Source of the DNA: Alphaproteobacteria bacterium
GTDB lineage: Bacteria > Pseudomonadota > Alphaproteobacteria > Rickettsiales > UBA3002
DNA: 64,000 nt
Assembly (NCBI GenBank): GCA_035911175.1
Contig: JAMHWA010000018.1
Location: 73,500 to 137,499, forward strand
Direction: 5' to 3'
In this document: piece after piece, positions 48,004 to 59,302 of the stretch
How the letters are laid out: every line of letters starts with the position of its first letter
Position numbering within the stretch: the first letter of the stretch is position 1
Translations under genes and position numbers: made by a program
Notes under the pieces: generated by a model
The model's input: the letters and a program-made list of their open reading frames with translations, nothing else
What the model was told of the DNA's origin: nothing
Databases searched by the model: none

Positions 48004-49736
48004 TTCTTTTTCTTGCTTTCTTTCTTCTCCAGCAAGCCCTTCTTCTCGAGGTGCGTATTGATGTAAAGCTGCTGGAAAATCGTCAGTGTGTTGTTCCATG
48101 CCCAGTACACTACCAATCCTGCGGGGAAGCTTCCGCAGATAAATAGGAAAATATACGGCATCCAGCTCATCATCGCTGCTTGAACGGGGTCAGCAGGTTT
48201 GGGGTTCAATCGTTGTTGAAGCACCATCGTCACGCACATGATCAGTGGCCATACCCCAAGATGTAAGATGCTTGGCGGATCCCACGGAATCAACCCAAAC
48301 AGGTTAAAGACGTTGGTCGGGTCAATCGCCGAAAGGTCATGGATCCAGCCAAAGAACGGCGCATGACGCATCTCGATGGTGACAAACAACACGCGGTAGA
48401 GCGCAAAAAATACAGGAAGCTGAATCAGAATCGGTAAGCAGCCCGAGGCAGGATTCACCTTCTCGCGCTTATACATCGCCATGATTTCTTGGTTCATCTT
48501 CATTTTGTCGTCTTTGTAACGATCGCGAATCTCCGTCATTTTCGGCGTCAGTTGTTTCATCCGCGCCATCGCCGTCATCGATTTACTTGCGAGCGGGAAC
48601 AGCAAGCCTTTGATAACCAGCGTCAGCAACAAAATGGCGACACCAAAGTTACCTACCAAGCCTTGGAAGAAGCTGAGCAAGCCAAAGATGGGGCGCGCGA
48701 GGAAATAGAGCGTGCCAAAATCTACCGAGCGGTCGAACAGCGGAATGTTGTATTGCAAGCGATAGGCATCAAGCTGCTTCATCACTTTTGCGCCTGCAAA
48801 CACGCGCACCGTGTGCGCTGCATCTTGCCCCACCGCCACATTCATCGGTGTTGCGCGCATGTCGGCTTGGTAGGCATCAATCTCACCGCGTTTAAACTGC
48901 TTATAGTTGGCATCAAACACCGCATCGCTCTCGGGAATAATCGCCGACAACCAATACTGATCGGTGATCCCAAACCAGCCTTTGGTGGCTTCAAATTTCT
49001 GCGGGCCATCCTCTTTAAGCGTCTTGTACGCCACATCCTGCAACACCTCGTTCATGACGCCAACAGGGCCTTCATGCATCATGATGGTGTGCTTGGAAAT
49101 ATCAGCATAATTGCGGCTGACAGAGCCATAAGGATAGAGCTTCACCGCCGCGCTACCATTATTCTTCACGCTATCGGTGATGGTGAACATGAAGTGCTCA
49201 TCCACTGAAATTTTGCGCGTGAACGTAAGACCCGCACCATTGTTCCATGTCAGGGTAATGGGCTTATCGACGGTTAGTTCCGTATCATTGGATTGCCAAC
49301 GCGTGGCGGCAGTGGGCACCGCCGCACCATTTGCCGCAAGCATGCCCAGCTCAATAAAATACGCATCCGCCGCCGAGGCGCGCGTGAACATTTTCACTTC
49401 GGGTGAAGATTTGTCGAGCTTCTCGTGGTAATTGGCGAGCGTTAAATCGTCGAACCGCGCGCCCACCAAACTGATGGAGCCATGCAGCGCTGGCGTGTTG
49501 ATGCGAATGCGCGGCGCGCCTTCAGTGGCATCAAGCGCCGTATCAATCTCTGATGCCTTGGGCGCAATGGGTTCCTCAGCTACTTTTTTTGCCATCTCTA
49601 CTTTTTGTTGCGCGACAATCGCCAATTGGCGTGGGCGCTCGTAGAAATATTGCCAGCCGAACATAATTGCCGTCGCAGCAACAATCGCGAACACTAGGTT
49701 TTTCGTTTCGGGGCCTTGGCCAACAGGAGCAGTCAT
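48000..49736 (-). CDS. yidC: Membrane protein insertase YidC
   Basis: Large periplasmic P1 domain plus C-terminal 60-kDa insertase core (PKMTEIRDRYKDDKMKMNQEIMAMYKREKVNP). Confidence 0.95.
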   Translation of the reverse strand: MTAPVGQGPETKNLVFAIVAATAIMFGWQYFYERPRQLAIVAQQKVEMAKKVAEEPIAPKASEIDTALDATEGAPRIRINTPALHGSISLVGARFDDLTLANYHEKLDKSSPEVKMFTRASAADAYFIELGMLAANGAAVPTAATRWQSNDTELTVDKPITLTWNNGAGLTFTRKISVDEHFMFTITDSVKNNGSAAVKLYPYGSVSRNYADISKHTIMMHEGPVGVMNEVLQDVAYKTLKEDGPQKFEATKGWFGITDQYWLSAIIPESDAVFDANYKQFKRGEIDAYQADMRATPMNVAVGQDAAHTVRVFAGAKVMKQLDAYRLQYNIPLFDRSVDFGTLYFLARPIFGLLSFFQGLVGNFGVAILLLTLVIKGLLFPLASKSMTAMARMKQLTPKMTEIRDRYKDDKMKMNQEIMAMYKREKVNPASGCLPILIQLPVFFALYRVLFVTIEMRHAPFFGWIHDLSAIDPTNVFNLFGLIPWDPPSILHLGVWPLIMCVTMVLQQRLNPKPADPVQAAMMSWMPYIFLFICGSFPAGLVVYWAWNNTLTIFQQLYINTHLEKKGLLEKKESKKKK

Positions 49737-49775
49737 GGATTATATTACCTTCAAAGTTAACAGCTACCATTCACG

Positions 49776-49997
49776 TCATGGTACGGGGTCATCACCGCTA
49801 CCACCCCAAGGGTGACAACGGGCAAGGCGTTTTATGGCAAGCCATGCCCCCTTGCAAGCCCCATGTCGTGTAATCGCTTCTGCCGCATAATGCGAACAGG
49901 TGGGGTTAAAGCGGCAGCTAGCAGGCGTAACTGGTGAGATGGCATATTGGTATACCCGTATCACCCCAAGCATCAGCATTTTAATCACACGCTGCAT
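49776..49997 (-). CDS. yidD: Membrane protein insertion efficiency factor YidD
   Basis: YQYAISP...[11 protein letters not shown]...CHPWG. Confidence 0.9.
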   Translation of the reverse strand: MQRVIKMLMLGVIRVYQYAISPVTPASCRFNPTCSHYAAEAITRHGACKGAWLAIKRLARCHPWGGSGDDPVP

Positions 49998-50350
49998 CAG
50001 CGATGCACCCCAGCGATGGCGCGGCTCATAGCTGCACGTAAATCGCCATACGCAGCCTCCGCCGCGTTGGGCTTGGCCTTATCCAGCGCAATCAGGATAT
50101 AATCATAACCTTCTTTGGCAGTTTCGGGGAAAATCTCCGCCACAAGCGCCCGCAAGCGCCGTTTAGTGCGGTTACGCAGCACCGCATTGCCGCATTTGGT
50201 GGTCACCGTGTAACCCACCCGCGCCCCAGCCTGCCCTGCAACATCCGATGGTGCGGCGCGTAAAATAAAATACGGCGTCGTAAACTTGCGGCCATGCCTC
50301 AAGCGAAGAAAATCCGCGCGGTTTTTTAAGGTGGTGATTACTAGTGTCAT
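49997..50350 (-). CDS. rnpA: Ribonuclease P protein component
   Basis: Basic ~117-aa protein with [11 protein letters not shown] motif; between rpmH and yidD. Confidence 0.85.
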   Translation of the reverse strand: MTLVITTLKNRADFLRLRHGRKFTTPYFILRAAPSDVAGQAGARVGYTVTTKCGNAVLRNRTKRRLRALVAEIFPETAKEGYDYILIALDKAKPNAAEAAYGDLRAAMSRAIAGVHR

Positions 50351-50470
50351 GCCTATCCACTAGCACATACGAAAAAAATGAATAGCCTAAGTAAGCCTAG
50401 GTCACGCAAGGCATGACCCGCATAGCGGCGGGAGCTTGAGGGTTAAGACCCTCATCATGCACGAATTGCT

Positions 50471-50499
50471 GAAAAAAACCTCAGTGCTTAAGCGCTGAG
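50471..50499 (-). terminator. Hairpin plus U-run overlapping the rpmH stop
   Basis: Minus strand reads CTCAGCGC-TTAA-GCACTGAG-GTTTTTTTC (one stem mismatch). Confidence 0.5.
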
Positions 50500-50622
50500 A
50501 ACTTTACGGCCTTTAGCGCGGCGTGCGGCGAGCACTTTGCGGCCACCAACGGTTGCCATGCGCGCACGGAAACCATGGCGACGGGCGCGAACAATTTTGC
50601 TTGGCTGATAGGTGCGTTTCAT
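50488..50622 (-). CDS. rpmH: 50S ribosomal protein L34 (44 aa; below the ORF-track cutoff)
   Basis: Hand translation of the minus strand: [44 protein letters not shown]. Confidence 0.9.
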   Translation of the reverse strand: MKRTYQPSKIVRARRHGFRARMATVGGRKVLAARRAKGRKVLSA

Positions 50623-50794
50623 AGCACTCTCCTTTGTGGTAGTGTTATTTAAAGAGGGTGCCTTATAATGGCGTCACCACGTGCTGTCAAGCCTCGGTTT
50701 TAGCCTCACCCAACCGCGCAAAATACTTATCCCATTCAGTAGGCAACTATCTAGTTTCGGTTGTAATTGAACAACTAATCGCTAGAATCAACCC

Positions 50795-52276
50795 ATGTTT
50801 ACTCATTTACGCTATCTGGCTTTTATTAGCTTCTTTCTGATGCTCATTGCGGCTGGATTTGTGGTATTCTACTCCAACGGCCTGAAAAATAGCGGTATTA
50901 CAAAATTATTCACCCAACAGACGGTAGCGACCTTATCTAGCTATTCTGCCACCGTTTGGGATCGCTATGCGGCGGAAATAACCGCTAACCCAACATCGCC
51001 CTACCTGCCCTCTTTTGCCAGTGAAACCAAACGCTTCTTCGAAAAACACCCCGTCAGCAAAATAACTATCTTCTCGCCCGATGTGGTACGCCTCTACTAC
51101 CAATCCAATAACGAAATCGCCACAACCGATGGCAGCACACGCATTACGTTATTCGATCTGGAACAAGCGCGGGCCGGAACGCCTGTTATTCGCACCCATA
51201 AAAGCGTGTTTCTCGCGGGGAGTAGCAATCCCAACAGCGAACGCACCATGCTACAGGCGATCATTCCCATCATGAGGGTGGGAAGCCCAGCGCCCGAGGC
51301 ATTGGCAGAGGTGTATATTGATACCACTAAGCAAACGCAGCTCATCGGTGATGGCCTGCTTTTCTTCCTTGGTGGCGTCCTTGTCCTATTCACCATTGTA
51401 ATGGTCGTACTGCTCGTCACTGCTAATCGTGCGGAAAGCATCATTACCAAGCAGCACGAAGTGAACATGGAATTGATCGCCACCGCAGCACAAGCGGAAG
51501 CACAAAGCCGTGAAAAGTCACAATTCTTGGCCAGTGTCAGTCACGAATTGCGCACACCATTGAACGCCATCATTGGCTTTTCGGATATTATTCGCAACGA
51601 ATCGCGCGAACTACTCCAAAAAATCCACCAAGAATATCTCGATGATATCAATGCTTCAGGCAAGCATCTGCTCAGCCTGATTAACGACATCCTCGACTAC
51701 TCGAAGGCTGAAGCAGGCAAACTGCAAATCGAGTGGGCAGAAACAGACGCCACAAAAATCGTGCGCAACTCGCTGCGCATGGTCATGCCGCGCGCCGAGA
51801 CGGCACAAGTTACGCTGGTTGAAGACTTGCCCGGCCACCATCTCGTGATTGTTACCGATGCCAAGAAGCTCAAACAGGTATTGCTCAACCTGCTGTCAAA
51901 CTCTGTAAAATTCACTCCTGCTGGGGGTGAAGTGCGCTGCCAAGCGTGGCACGACGTTACCACAGGCGCTCTCAATCTTCAGGTGCGCGACACAGGGATT
52001 GGTATTGCGCCCAAAGACATTTCGCGCGTCATGACACCCTTTGGTCAGGTGGATTCTGCCCTCTCGCGTAAGTATGAAGGCACCGGACTTGGTTTGCCGC
52101 TTGCCAAAAAATTCATTGAATCTATGGGCGGCGAGTTTGCGATTGAAAGTGAACTCAAAGTGGGAACAACCATTACCATCACACTGCCCAAAGCTCCGCC
52201 TGGGTGGGGCACGCCAGCTATGAACAACCAGCAGGCTAGCACCAAGGAGGAAGCCGATGTCGCACCAGCCGCTTAG
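50795..52276 (+). CDS. Sensor histidine kinase (no adjacent response regulator)
   Basis: 2 TM flanking a periplasmic domain, H-box [18 protein letters not shown]1/G2 boxes. Confidence 0.8.
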   Translation: MFTHLRYLAFISFFLMLIAAGFVVFYSNGLKNSGITKLFTQQTVATLSSYSATVWDRYAAEITANPTSPYLPSFASETKRFFEKHPVSKITIFSPDVVRLYYQSNNEIATTDGSTRITLFDLEQARAGTPVIRTHKSVFLAGSSNPNSERTMLQAIIPIMRVGSPAPEALAEVYIDTTKQTQLIGDGLLFFLGGVLVLFTIVMVVLLVTANRAESIITKQHEVNMELIATAAQAEAQSREKSQFLASVSHELRTPLNAIIGFSDIIRNESRELLQKIHQEYLDDINASGKHLLSLINDILDYSKAEAGKLQIEWAETDATKIVRNSLRMVMPRAETAQVTLVEDLPGHHLVIVTDAKKLKQVLLNLLSNSVKFTPAGGEVRCQAWHDVTTGALNLQVRDTGIGIAPKDISRVMTPFGQVDSALSRKYEGTGLGLPLAKKFIESMGGEFAIESELKVGTTITITLPKAPPGWGTPAMNNQQASTKEEADVAPAA

Positions 52277-53111
52277 CACCTCTACTGGCCGTATTGGTGT
52301 TCCTCAAATTCGTGCTGCCAAAGCAAACGAGAAAATCGTCATACTTACCGCCTACACCGCCCCCATGGCCGCCCTGCTCGATTCACATTGCGATATGCTC
52401 ATGGTTGGTGATTCGCTTGGCATGGTCGTCTACGGGTTCGACTCTACCTTGCCCGTCACGCTCGACTTGATGATTGCACACGGGGCTGCTGTGGTGCGCG
52501 CCAGCAAGCGCGCCTGCGTGGTGGTCGACATGCCTTTTGGAAGCTATCAAGCGTCGCCGGAGCAGGCATTTATAAATGCCTCCCGCGTCATGAAAGAAAC
52601 GGGTGCGGCCTGCATCAAAATGGAAGGCGGGGTCGAACTGGCCGAAACCATCCGCTTCCTTACCCAGCGCGGCATTCCCGTGATGGCGCATATTGGGCTC
52701 ATGCCGCAGCACAGCAACACGCTCGGCGGCTTCAAAACCCAAGGGCGCGATGACGCTGCCCGCGCGGCTATCCTTGCCGATGCAAACGCCGTTGCCGAGG
52801 CTGGCGCGTTTGCCGTCGTCATCGAGGGCGTTGTCGAGTCGCTTGCGACGGAGATCACCCGCACCATCGCCATCCCTACCATTGGCATCGGCGCCTCCGC
52901 CGCGTGCGACGGTCAGGTACTGGTGGTGGATGATATGCTCGGCCTATTCGAGCGCAGCCCCAAATTCGTCAAAAAATACGCGGATATGCGTAGCGTCATT
53001 ACCACTGCGGCCAGCACCTATGCTGCGGAAGTTCGTAGCGGCCAATTCCCTAGCGACGCACAATGCTATGGTGTGGTAACGACAGATGCACCGCGCAAAG
53101 TGAAAAAGTAA
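52257..53111 (+). CDS. panB: 3-methyl-2-oxobutanoate hydroxymethyltransferase
   Basis: [30 protein letters not shown] motifs; AAGGAGG SD. Confidence 0.95.
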   Translation: MSHQPLSTSTGRIGVPQIRAAKANEKIVILTAYTAPMAALLDSHCDMLMVGDSLGMVVYGFDSTLPVTLDLMIAHGAAVVRASKRACVVVDMPFGSYQASPEQAFINASRVMKETGAACIKMEGGVELAETIRFLTQRGIPVMAHIGLMPQHSNTLGGFKTQGRDDAARAAILADANAVAEAGAFAVVIEGVVESLATEITRTIAIPTIGIGASAACDGQVLVVDDMLGLFERSPKFVKKYADMRSVITTAASTYAAEVRSGQFPSDAQCYGVVTTDAPRKVKK

Positions 53112-53112
53112 T

Positions 53113-53970
53113 CTATTTCCCGCCCAAGGTTGGCGCGCCAACATCACTCGGTGGCCCCAAAGGTTGGGGCTCCGCGATGCCTTTGGCTTTCATTTCGTCT
53201 TTCTCGCGCTGAGCTGCATCAAAATCTTTCTGCACTTGGTCGAGGCGGTTCAAGCGCTCATCAACAAAATAGCGCATAAAATTAAGCTCGCCTTGGCTAT
53301 ATTCCTCGGGGTTCTTAACCACCTCTTCGATGATGGCCAGCGCCTCGCCAAACTCGCCGCGTTGCTCATGAATAAAAGCTGGCAACTGTTGTGCCCATAG
53401 CGGAATGCCGCGCACGCCCGCTAGCTTACTCGCCAATTCCAGGGCGCGACCAGTATCTTTGAGTTTATGGGTCGCCAGATAGGCGCCTTGGGTCACCCAC
53501 CACCATTTTTCTTTGGCGCGACCATCCGTGTAATCATCGAGATAATCGACGATGTAACGCACATCATTGGCATTTTGTGTTTGGCTAAAATAATAGGATG
53601 CCATGGCGGGAATGTAGTTGGATTCATTGTTCAGTTTCCCAAGCAGGGTGAACCAATGGTACAGCTTGTTAAAATCGTATTTATACAGCGCCGTGAAGCG
53701 CCCGAATGTGTCGCCCGCACTTTGAATACTCAGTGCATGCAGACGAAAGAATGCTTCCTCATCGCCAAACGATAAGGCGCGCACAGCACGCTCGCCTGGC
53801 ACATCGGGAACAACACTCATTTCGGGTTTAATCGCGCGCGTATGGTGCCAGAATGCTGCTTGTCCTGCCAGCATCAACGCAAACACGGCGACTGCTGCTT
53901 GCATCGCGGGTTCGCGCAGCGCCTTGCGTAAACTGGCATGCTGGCTAGGCTTTGTGAACATCCGCAGCAT
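53113..53970 (-). CDS. Hypothetical membrane-anchored helical-repeat protein
   Basis: ORF track; one N-terminal TM; helical, TPR-like composition; last gene of the secretin cluster. Confidence 0.5.
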   Translation of the reverse strand: MLRMFTKPSQHASLRKALREPAMQAAVAVFALMLAGQAAFWHHTRAIKPEMSVVPDVPGERAVRALSFGDEEAFFRLHALSIQSAGDTFGRFTALYKYDFNKLYHWFTLLGKLNNESNYIPAMASYYFSQTQNANDVRYIVDYLDDYTDGRAKEKWWWVTQGAYLATHKLKDTGRALELASKLAGVRGIPLWAQQLPAFIHEQRGEFGEALAIIEEVVKNPEEYSQGELNFMRYFVDERLNRLDQVQKDFDAAQREKDEMKAKGIAEPQPLGPPSDVGAPTLGGK

Positions 53971-53986
53971 GGTGCGCTTGCCTTAC

Positions 53987-54751
53987 CTAGAATTGTTTGC
54001 GTTTAAAATCGATAACACAGGCTGCCAGCAGCAACGGAATAAATACACCCGCTTGCATGAGCACCAAGGCCGCATCTTCATACGAGCGCGCACCGTAAAT
54101 TAGCCAGTTACTTTTAGCGAAAAGGTCAAGCCGTGGCACAACCACTGCAATCCCATCCATGAGCCATTGGGCACCCACATTGATGTGCTGCTCCTTGAAT
54201 ACATTGCGCACACTGGTCGTCGCCAGAAAGAATCCCATCATGCGCGACAAGCTATAAATCGCAAGCGAGGCCAGCACCGTCCCAACCCCACTTTTGATCG
54301 TCAGCGAGGCAAACAACGCCACCGAGACCACCAACCACGATTCCAGCAACAAACTGACCGACCACAACCAGAAGCCTGTCTGGTTAAGGATACCAATAAC
54401 CCCTATCAACGCTACCGTTGGCAACACGAGGAATGTAGCCACGGCTGCGAATCCAAGCCAGTAGGAAAGTACGAGGCTTGTGCGCGAGATGGGGCGCGAC
54501 AGCAAGACATCGATTTCCTTCGCATCGAACGCATTGCGCATATGAAAGCCAATAAAGACAATAATGCCAATCATGATAATGACGCGCGCACTCGCCGCAG
54601 TGAAGGCAATCGCCATTTGCTGCGTTTCCAGCATCGCTGTCGATCCAAGGACATGAGAAATATAGGCGGCCGCAAGAATCCCAAGCAACAAACCAAGAAA
54701 TAATCGGTCACGTGTCGCCGTCATCAACACATAACGAATGCTGCTTAACAT
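53987..54751 (-). CDS. Polytopic membrane protein (ABC-2 permease-like)
   Basis: About 6 TM segments; no adjacent ATPase. Confidence 0.55.
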   Translation of the reverse strand: MLSSIRYVLMTATRDRLFLGLLLGILAAAYISHVLGSTAMLETQQMAIAFTAASARVIIMIGIIVFIGFHMRNAFDAKEIDVLLSRPISRTSLVLSYWLGFAAVATFLVLPTVALIGVIGILNQTGFWLWSVSLLLESWLVVSVALFASLTIKSGVGTVLASLAIYSLSRMMGFFLATTSVRNVFKEQHINVGAQWLMDGIAVVVPRLDLFAKSNWLIYGARSYEDAALVLMQAGVFIPLLLAACVIDFKRKQF

Positions 54752-54776
54752 GGCTGCTTAGAGCTCCTTCAGGCGA

Positions 54777-56630
54777 CTATTTAAACAGCGGACGGGGGTC
54801 GTCTAAGAACTTCTCGTAGACCTTCTTGTCGACAGGATGCGTACTTCCGTCAGAGTTCACAATCGTTGCCTTGATAAAAATAATGAGCTCACGCTTTTGC
54901 GAATTCTCCGTGCGGCCTTTGAATAGGTTCCCAAAAAGCGGCACCTCACCCAATCCAGGCATCGAATCGGTCTCATTGCGGGTGATGTCTTCCATCAAGC
55001 CACCAATGACCATCACACCGCCACTTTTCACTTTCGTAATCGAGTCAATCTCGCGCGATTCAATAATGGGGGTATTGATATCTGGAATCGCATCAGCCGC
55101 CGCTGTCGTTGCCGCCTGCGATCTCAAAAAGCCTGTGACGGGACTCAGCTCGAAGTCGAGCAAGCGTGTCAAGGTTGGGCGAACATTGAGTGTCACCTCT
55201 TGTGTATCGAGATTAACCGAAGGCAAGATGCTCATGATGATACCGATCGGCACCGTCCGCTGCGGGCAATCCAGTGTTGCCTGAGTGGATTGGGTCGAGC
55301 TCGACGAGGAGCTGGTGCTTGCTGGCGTGTAGGTGCACTCGTAATAAACTTGGTTTCGAGCAAACGTCAGCACGGCTTGCTGGTTGTTGATCGCCGACAA
55401 GCGTGGGCTTGATAGGGTGCGCGTTGTACCGAATTGCTGGGTCAGCGCAACCACGGCCCCTAAATCCGGCTGGTTAATCCCAAAGGTGAGCGCCGTGCCG
55501 CGCGCGCCGTCCGATGCCATGCTTGGAATCCCTCCAGGGATATAATTGCCAAGGCCGAGATAGCTATCATTCACGTCACCAATCACGCGGTTCCAGTTGA
55601 CCCCTGATGCAAATTCATCCGACAAGGCCACTTCCACAATTTTTGCTTCAATCAGAACCTGAGCTGAAGAGTTGCGGGTCATGAGCGATAGAAAATTCGC
55701 GATCATTTCATGCTGACGCTGCGTACCATTAACCGCGAGAACACCGGCTTGACGGTTGATGACAAAGTTGCCTTCGCGCGTAGTTCCGGCGCCAGCCGCT
55801 CCCGTCGGCGAGGGCGGTGGCGTACCCGCAGTAGGGCGCACAGCATCTGTAGTTGCGTCCTGTGCCACGGGAGAATAATTCAGAATTTCAGCAATCGAAG
55901 ACTGCAATGCCGACCACAGATCACTTTCTGCACTTCCAGTGATCGTCCCTTCTGAACCACTTGACCCCACGCCAGAGGACGAGTCTGAATCACTTGAGCC
56001 AGAACTCGATGAAGAAGAACTATTGCTGCTGCCACCACCAATGCTCGTGCTGGAGCTGTAGGTCGTTTGGCTCGAGCGCACTAAGTTCAAAAAGTCGAGG
56101 GAGTAGTTCTTCACGTAGGGTAAATCTCTCTCCACGCGAATGGAGCTACCCGTAACGCTGTAACGCAAATTGGCCAGCGAGGAAATACGGTCGATCACTT
56201 CATTAAAAGGCCTATTGGTAGCGCGCAGGTTGATACCCGCCGCATCCAAGCCCGGCCCCACTTCAATATCAACCTCGGCCAAACGCCCAAGCTCAAAAAG
56301 CACGTCGCGCAACGGCACATCATCGGTCACGGCAAGGGTCACCAACTTGGTATTGGCAACCTTCGGTGGTTTCGGCGCGGCCAGCACCTGAGCAATATCC
56401 GGAATCGGCGGAGCACTGAGCGAAGCAGTTACCGTCGGGTCTGTCTCCGCGAGCTCCTTGTTAATCTCGTTTATCTTACGAAAATCATCAATGGTCAGAT
56501 TTTTCTGACGATCAATGACATCTGTCTTTTCGCCATCTTTAGGAACGAAAGAATCGATAAAAGTACAGGCGTAAAGTGGCGCAACGCACACCGTAACTAT
56601 TGTCCACCGAGTCCATGTACTTATTGGCAT
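54777..56630 (-). CDS. Secretin-family outer-membrane channel, lipoprotein type (MshL/PilQ-like)
   Basis: Lipobox VAPLYAC; secretin C-domain VMVIGGLMED...PGLGEVPLFGNLFKGR...RELIIFIKATIV; internal Ser-rich tract. Confidence 0.85.
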   Translation of the reverse strand: MPISTWTRWTIVTVCVAPLYACTFIDSFVPKDGEKTDVIDRQKNLTIDDFRKINEINKELAETDPTVTASLSAPPIPDIAQVLAAPKPPKVANTKLVTLAVTDDVPLRDVLFELGRLAEVDIEVGPGLDAAGINLRATNRPFNEVIDRISSLANLRYSVTGSSIRVERDLPYVKNYSLDFLNLVRSSQTTYSSSTSIGGGSSNSSSSSSSGSSDSDSSSGVGSSGSEGTITGSAESDLWSALQSSIAEILNYSPVAQDATTDAVRPTAGTPPPSPTGAAGAGTTREGNFVINRQAGVLAVNGTQRQHEMIANFLSLMTRNSSAQVLIEAKIVEVALSDEFASGVNWNRVIGDVNDSYLGLGNYIPGGIPSMASDGARGTALTFGINQPDLGAVVALTQQFGTTRTLSSPRLSAINNQQAVLTFARNQVYYECTYTPASTSSSSSSTQSTQATLDCPQRTVPIGIIMSILPSVNLDTQEVTLNVRPTLTRLLDFELSPVTGFLRSQAATTAAADAIPDINTPIIESREIDSITKVKSGGVMVIGGLMEDITRNETDSMPGLGEVPLFGNLFKGRTENSQKRELIIFIKATIVNSDGSTHPVDKKVYEKFLDDPRPLFK

Positions 56631-56745
56631 TCGTGATCCCCATCAGGAATGATTTCACCCTAGACTAGTAACACACCACTAATAGTCGACAAGATGTTTG
56701 TGATAGGATGTGAGTAACCTCAAACCATTCATCCGCAACGCCAAA

Positions 56746-57522
56746 TCAATTGCCAATAAATCCGTAGAGTTGCCAGAATTGATTCGCCACATTTGGCCAC
56801 ACCACACATAGTAAAAGCGATGCCGCAAGCGCAGGGCCAAAGGGGAATAGTTCGCCGCGGCCAATCATCCGCCAGCCAAGGCCAAACACTACACCAAGCA
56901 CGCCCGAGAAAAATAAGAACGGCACAAAGCTTGCGCCGCTCGCAAGCCAAATGCCCGCACCAAATAATAACTTCACATCGCCGAGGCCAAGACCATCCTT
57001 ATTGCGCAAATAGAGGAAGCCATATTTGAGGATGAGGCCAATCGTAAGGCCAATGAAACCTGCTACAATCACATCCGTGAAATCAGTGCCAATCGCGTAA
57101 TGATACAGCACGCCAAAAACAATCATCGCAATCTGCACTTCATCGAGGATGATGTAATGCTCTAGGTCCGTGATGATAATGGCGACGATGCACCACCATA
57201 ACCCCGTCACTGCAAATGCCTCGAGGGTGATGCCATAACGATACGTCGCCACCAGCGCTCCCAATGCACAGGCAAGTTCCGTCAGCGGATAGCGCGCGCT
57301 GATTTTTGTTTTGCAGTGCCGACATTTCCCGCGCGAAAAAACCCACGAGAGGACAGGAAATAAATCGCGCACCGCAAGTGTAGTACCACAACTGGGGCAG
57401 CGCGATCGCGTCATGCCAATCGTTTCGTCACGCGGCAGCCGATAAGTCACCAGCGTCAGGAATGAGCCAATGCACGCGCCCACAAACGCAATAAATCCCA
57501 AAATCATCCAGCTATGTTCCAT
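56746..57522 (-). CDS. pilD: Prepilin peptidase (A24 family)
   Basis: IGSFLTLVTYRLP, CPSCG...CRHCK zinc motif, two Asp-containing TM regions; ATG at 57522 is preferred over the track start at 57585. Confidence 0.85.
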   Translation of the reverse strand: MEHSWMILGFIAFVGACIGSFLTLVTYRLPRDETIGMTRSRCPSCGTTLAVRDLFPVLSWVFSRGKCRHCKTKISARYPLTELACALGALVATYRYGITLEAFAVTGLWWCIVAIIITDLEHYIILDEVQIAMIVFGVLYHYAIGTDFTDVIVAGFIGLTIGLILKYGFLYLRNKDGLGLGDVKLLFGAGIWLASGASFVPFLFFSGVLGVVFGLGWRMIGRGELFPFGPALAASLLLCVVWPNVANQFWQLYGFIGN

Positions 57523-57696
57523 AAAATCAATCGCTTGCGGTTCTTGGTTGCGCTCGCTGCGGCTTCGTGGCAAAAACAGGCGCACCTACTATATATAGTT
57601 TTGCTTGGCAGCCTTCGCTGCAAAGCGACACTAAATACCGTGGTCACGTTAGCGCCAAGCCAACGCAGAATGCAAAACAAAAACTCGACCGAGCCC

Positions 57697-58134
57697 ATGA
57701 CCGTGAATAAAACCATCGCCATCGCCAACGACCATGCTGGGCTTATGCTCAAGCAACTCCTGTTGGCCGAAATCGAAGCGCTTGGTTTCACCGCGCTCGA
57801 CCTAGGAACGAACACGGCGGACTCCGTCGATTACCCTGATTACGGTTACGCCGTCGCCAAAGCAGTGACGGATGGCCGCGCGCAATTTGGCGTTGCCATT
57901 TGCGGTTCAGGTATTGGCATTTCCATCGCGGCGAATCGTGTCGCTGGCGCACGCGCCGCATTGTGCAGCACTGGCCTTGCCGCCGAGCTGAGCCGTCAAC
58001 ATAACGACGCCAACATTCTATGCCTCGGCGCCCGCCTGATTGGTGATGCCGAAGCCAAGGAATGTTTGAAACGTTTTTTGGCCACGCGCTTTGAAGGCGG
58101 GCGGCACGAAAACCGCGTAAAAAAATTAGGATAG
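57697..58134 (+). CDS. rpiB: Ribose-5-phosphate isomerase B
   Basis: IAIANDHAG...CGSGIGISIAANR...RHENRV. Confidence 0.9.
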   Translation: MTVNKTIAIANDHAGLMLKQLLLAEIEALGFTALDLGTNTADSVDYPDYGYAVAKAVTDGRAQFGVAICGSGIGISIAANRVAGARAALCSTGLAAELSRQHNDANILCLGARLIGDAEAKECLKRFLATRFEGGRHENRVKKLG

Positions 58135-58148
58135 TAAGGGAAAACTCA

Positions 58149-58793
58149 ATGTCAGCCACGTTGCTTGATTTCGTAAAGGACGCCTCCCGCCTCGGTAAAA
58201 GCCGCGAGGAAATCAACGCCGTACTCAAAACCGCTGGTTGGCCCGAGGATCAACTTGCCGCATTTTGGAGCAAATATAGCGACGAGCCATTTCCCGTGCC
58301 TGTGCCCAAACCTACAGTCTATGCCTCGCCGCGCCTAACGATGCTCAATCTCTTCTTCTTCATCGTGCTGTACATCACCATCTACTCGGCTCTCTCCATT
58401 CTTTTCACCATCCTTGATTACAATTTGCCAGATGGGCGCGGCCAAATGCGCGGCATCTACTATTCATCGCAACCAATTGCAGATGCCATTCGTGGCTACC
58501 TCGCCGCTATTTTTGTCAGTGCACCGCTGGTTTATTTCACCTCGCGCCAACTTAACAAATCGATGGTGGCTATCGGCCAGTTCATCCACGGCACGCGCCT
58601 CAAGCTCATGAACCTCTCGCTGTTGATTGCCGCGCTCGTCATTTTGTGTAACTTCATCAGCTTCAGCTACTATTTCCTAAGCGGTGAGTTAAGCATTCGC
58701 TTCATACTGAAGGTACTCATACTCACCGCCACCAGCGCTGGGATATATTACTTCTTCAAGCCTGAAATTGCTGCGTTCGAGAAAAAGGCATAA
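58149..58793 (+). CDS. Membrane protein (DUF5671-like)
   Basis: Soluble N-terminal ~50 aa followed by 4 TM segments. Confidence 0.45.
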   Translation: MSATLLDFVKDASRLGKSREEINAVLKTAGWPEDQLAAFWSKYSDEPFPVPVPKPTVYASPRLTMLNLFFFIVLYITIYSALSILFTILDYNLPDGRGQMRGIYYSSQPIADAIRGYLAAIFVSAPLVYFTSRQLNKSMVAIGQFIHGTRLKLMNLSLLIAALVILCNFISFSYYFLSGELSIRFILKVLILTATSAGIYYFFKPEIAAFEKKA

Positions 58794-58796
58794 CCC

Positions 58797-59267
58797 ATGC
58801 AAAAATTCCTACGTATTTTTGCGATTGCCGCGCTGCTAGGGATTGTGGGTTACGCCCTCACCATCACGGGTTCCCCCGCCCACACGCGCATGGTGAACGA
58901 GGATATGGATACGCTGGAAGGACTGGAGCAGCTGCACCGCGCGCTCACGGCGTATCACCAGCAGAATGGTCATGTGCTAACGAGCCTGAACGGCAAAGCG
59001 CTCAACGCTATCAATAGCGGTTCGTACGGCTCCCAAAGCTGTGGCGGATACTACAACAATATCCATTTCAGTGATGAGCAACTCAAACGCTATCACTACA
59101 CGCCTAACGCCACTGGCTACAAGATTTGCACGAACTTCAATACGAATTGGTCAGAGGTTAAGCTGAATCGCTATACTCATGACAATCTTTACAATTGGGC
59201 CGAGAATTTCCAAAAAGGCCAAAATTGCTTTGAACGCACCATCCCAGAATGTAAGAAAAGGAATTAA
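58797..59267 (+). CDS. Hypothetical N-terminally anchored Cys-containing protein
   Basis: ORF track; N-terminal TM; no family recognised. Confidence 0.45.
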   Translation: MQKFLRIFAIAALLGIVGYALTITGSPAHTRMVNEDMDTLEGLEQLHRALTAYHQQNGHVLTSLNGKALNAINSGSYGSQSCGGYYNNIHFSDEQLKRYHYTPNATGYKICTNFNTNWSEVKLNRYTHDNLYNWAENFQKGQNCFERTIPECKKRN

Positions 59268-59302
59268 CCATGACCAACACCGCACGTAAACTCGAGGAAA
59301 CC

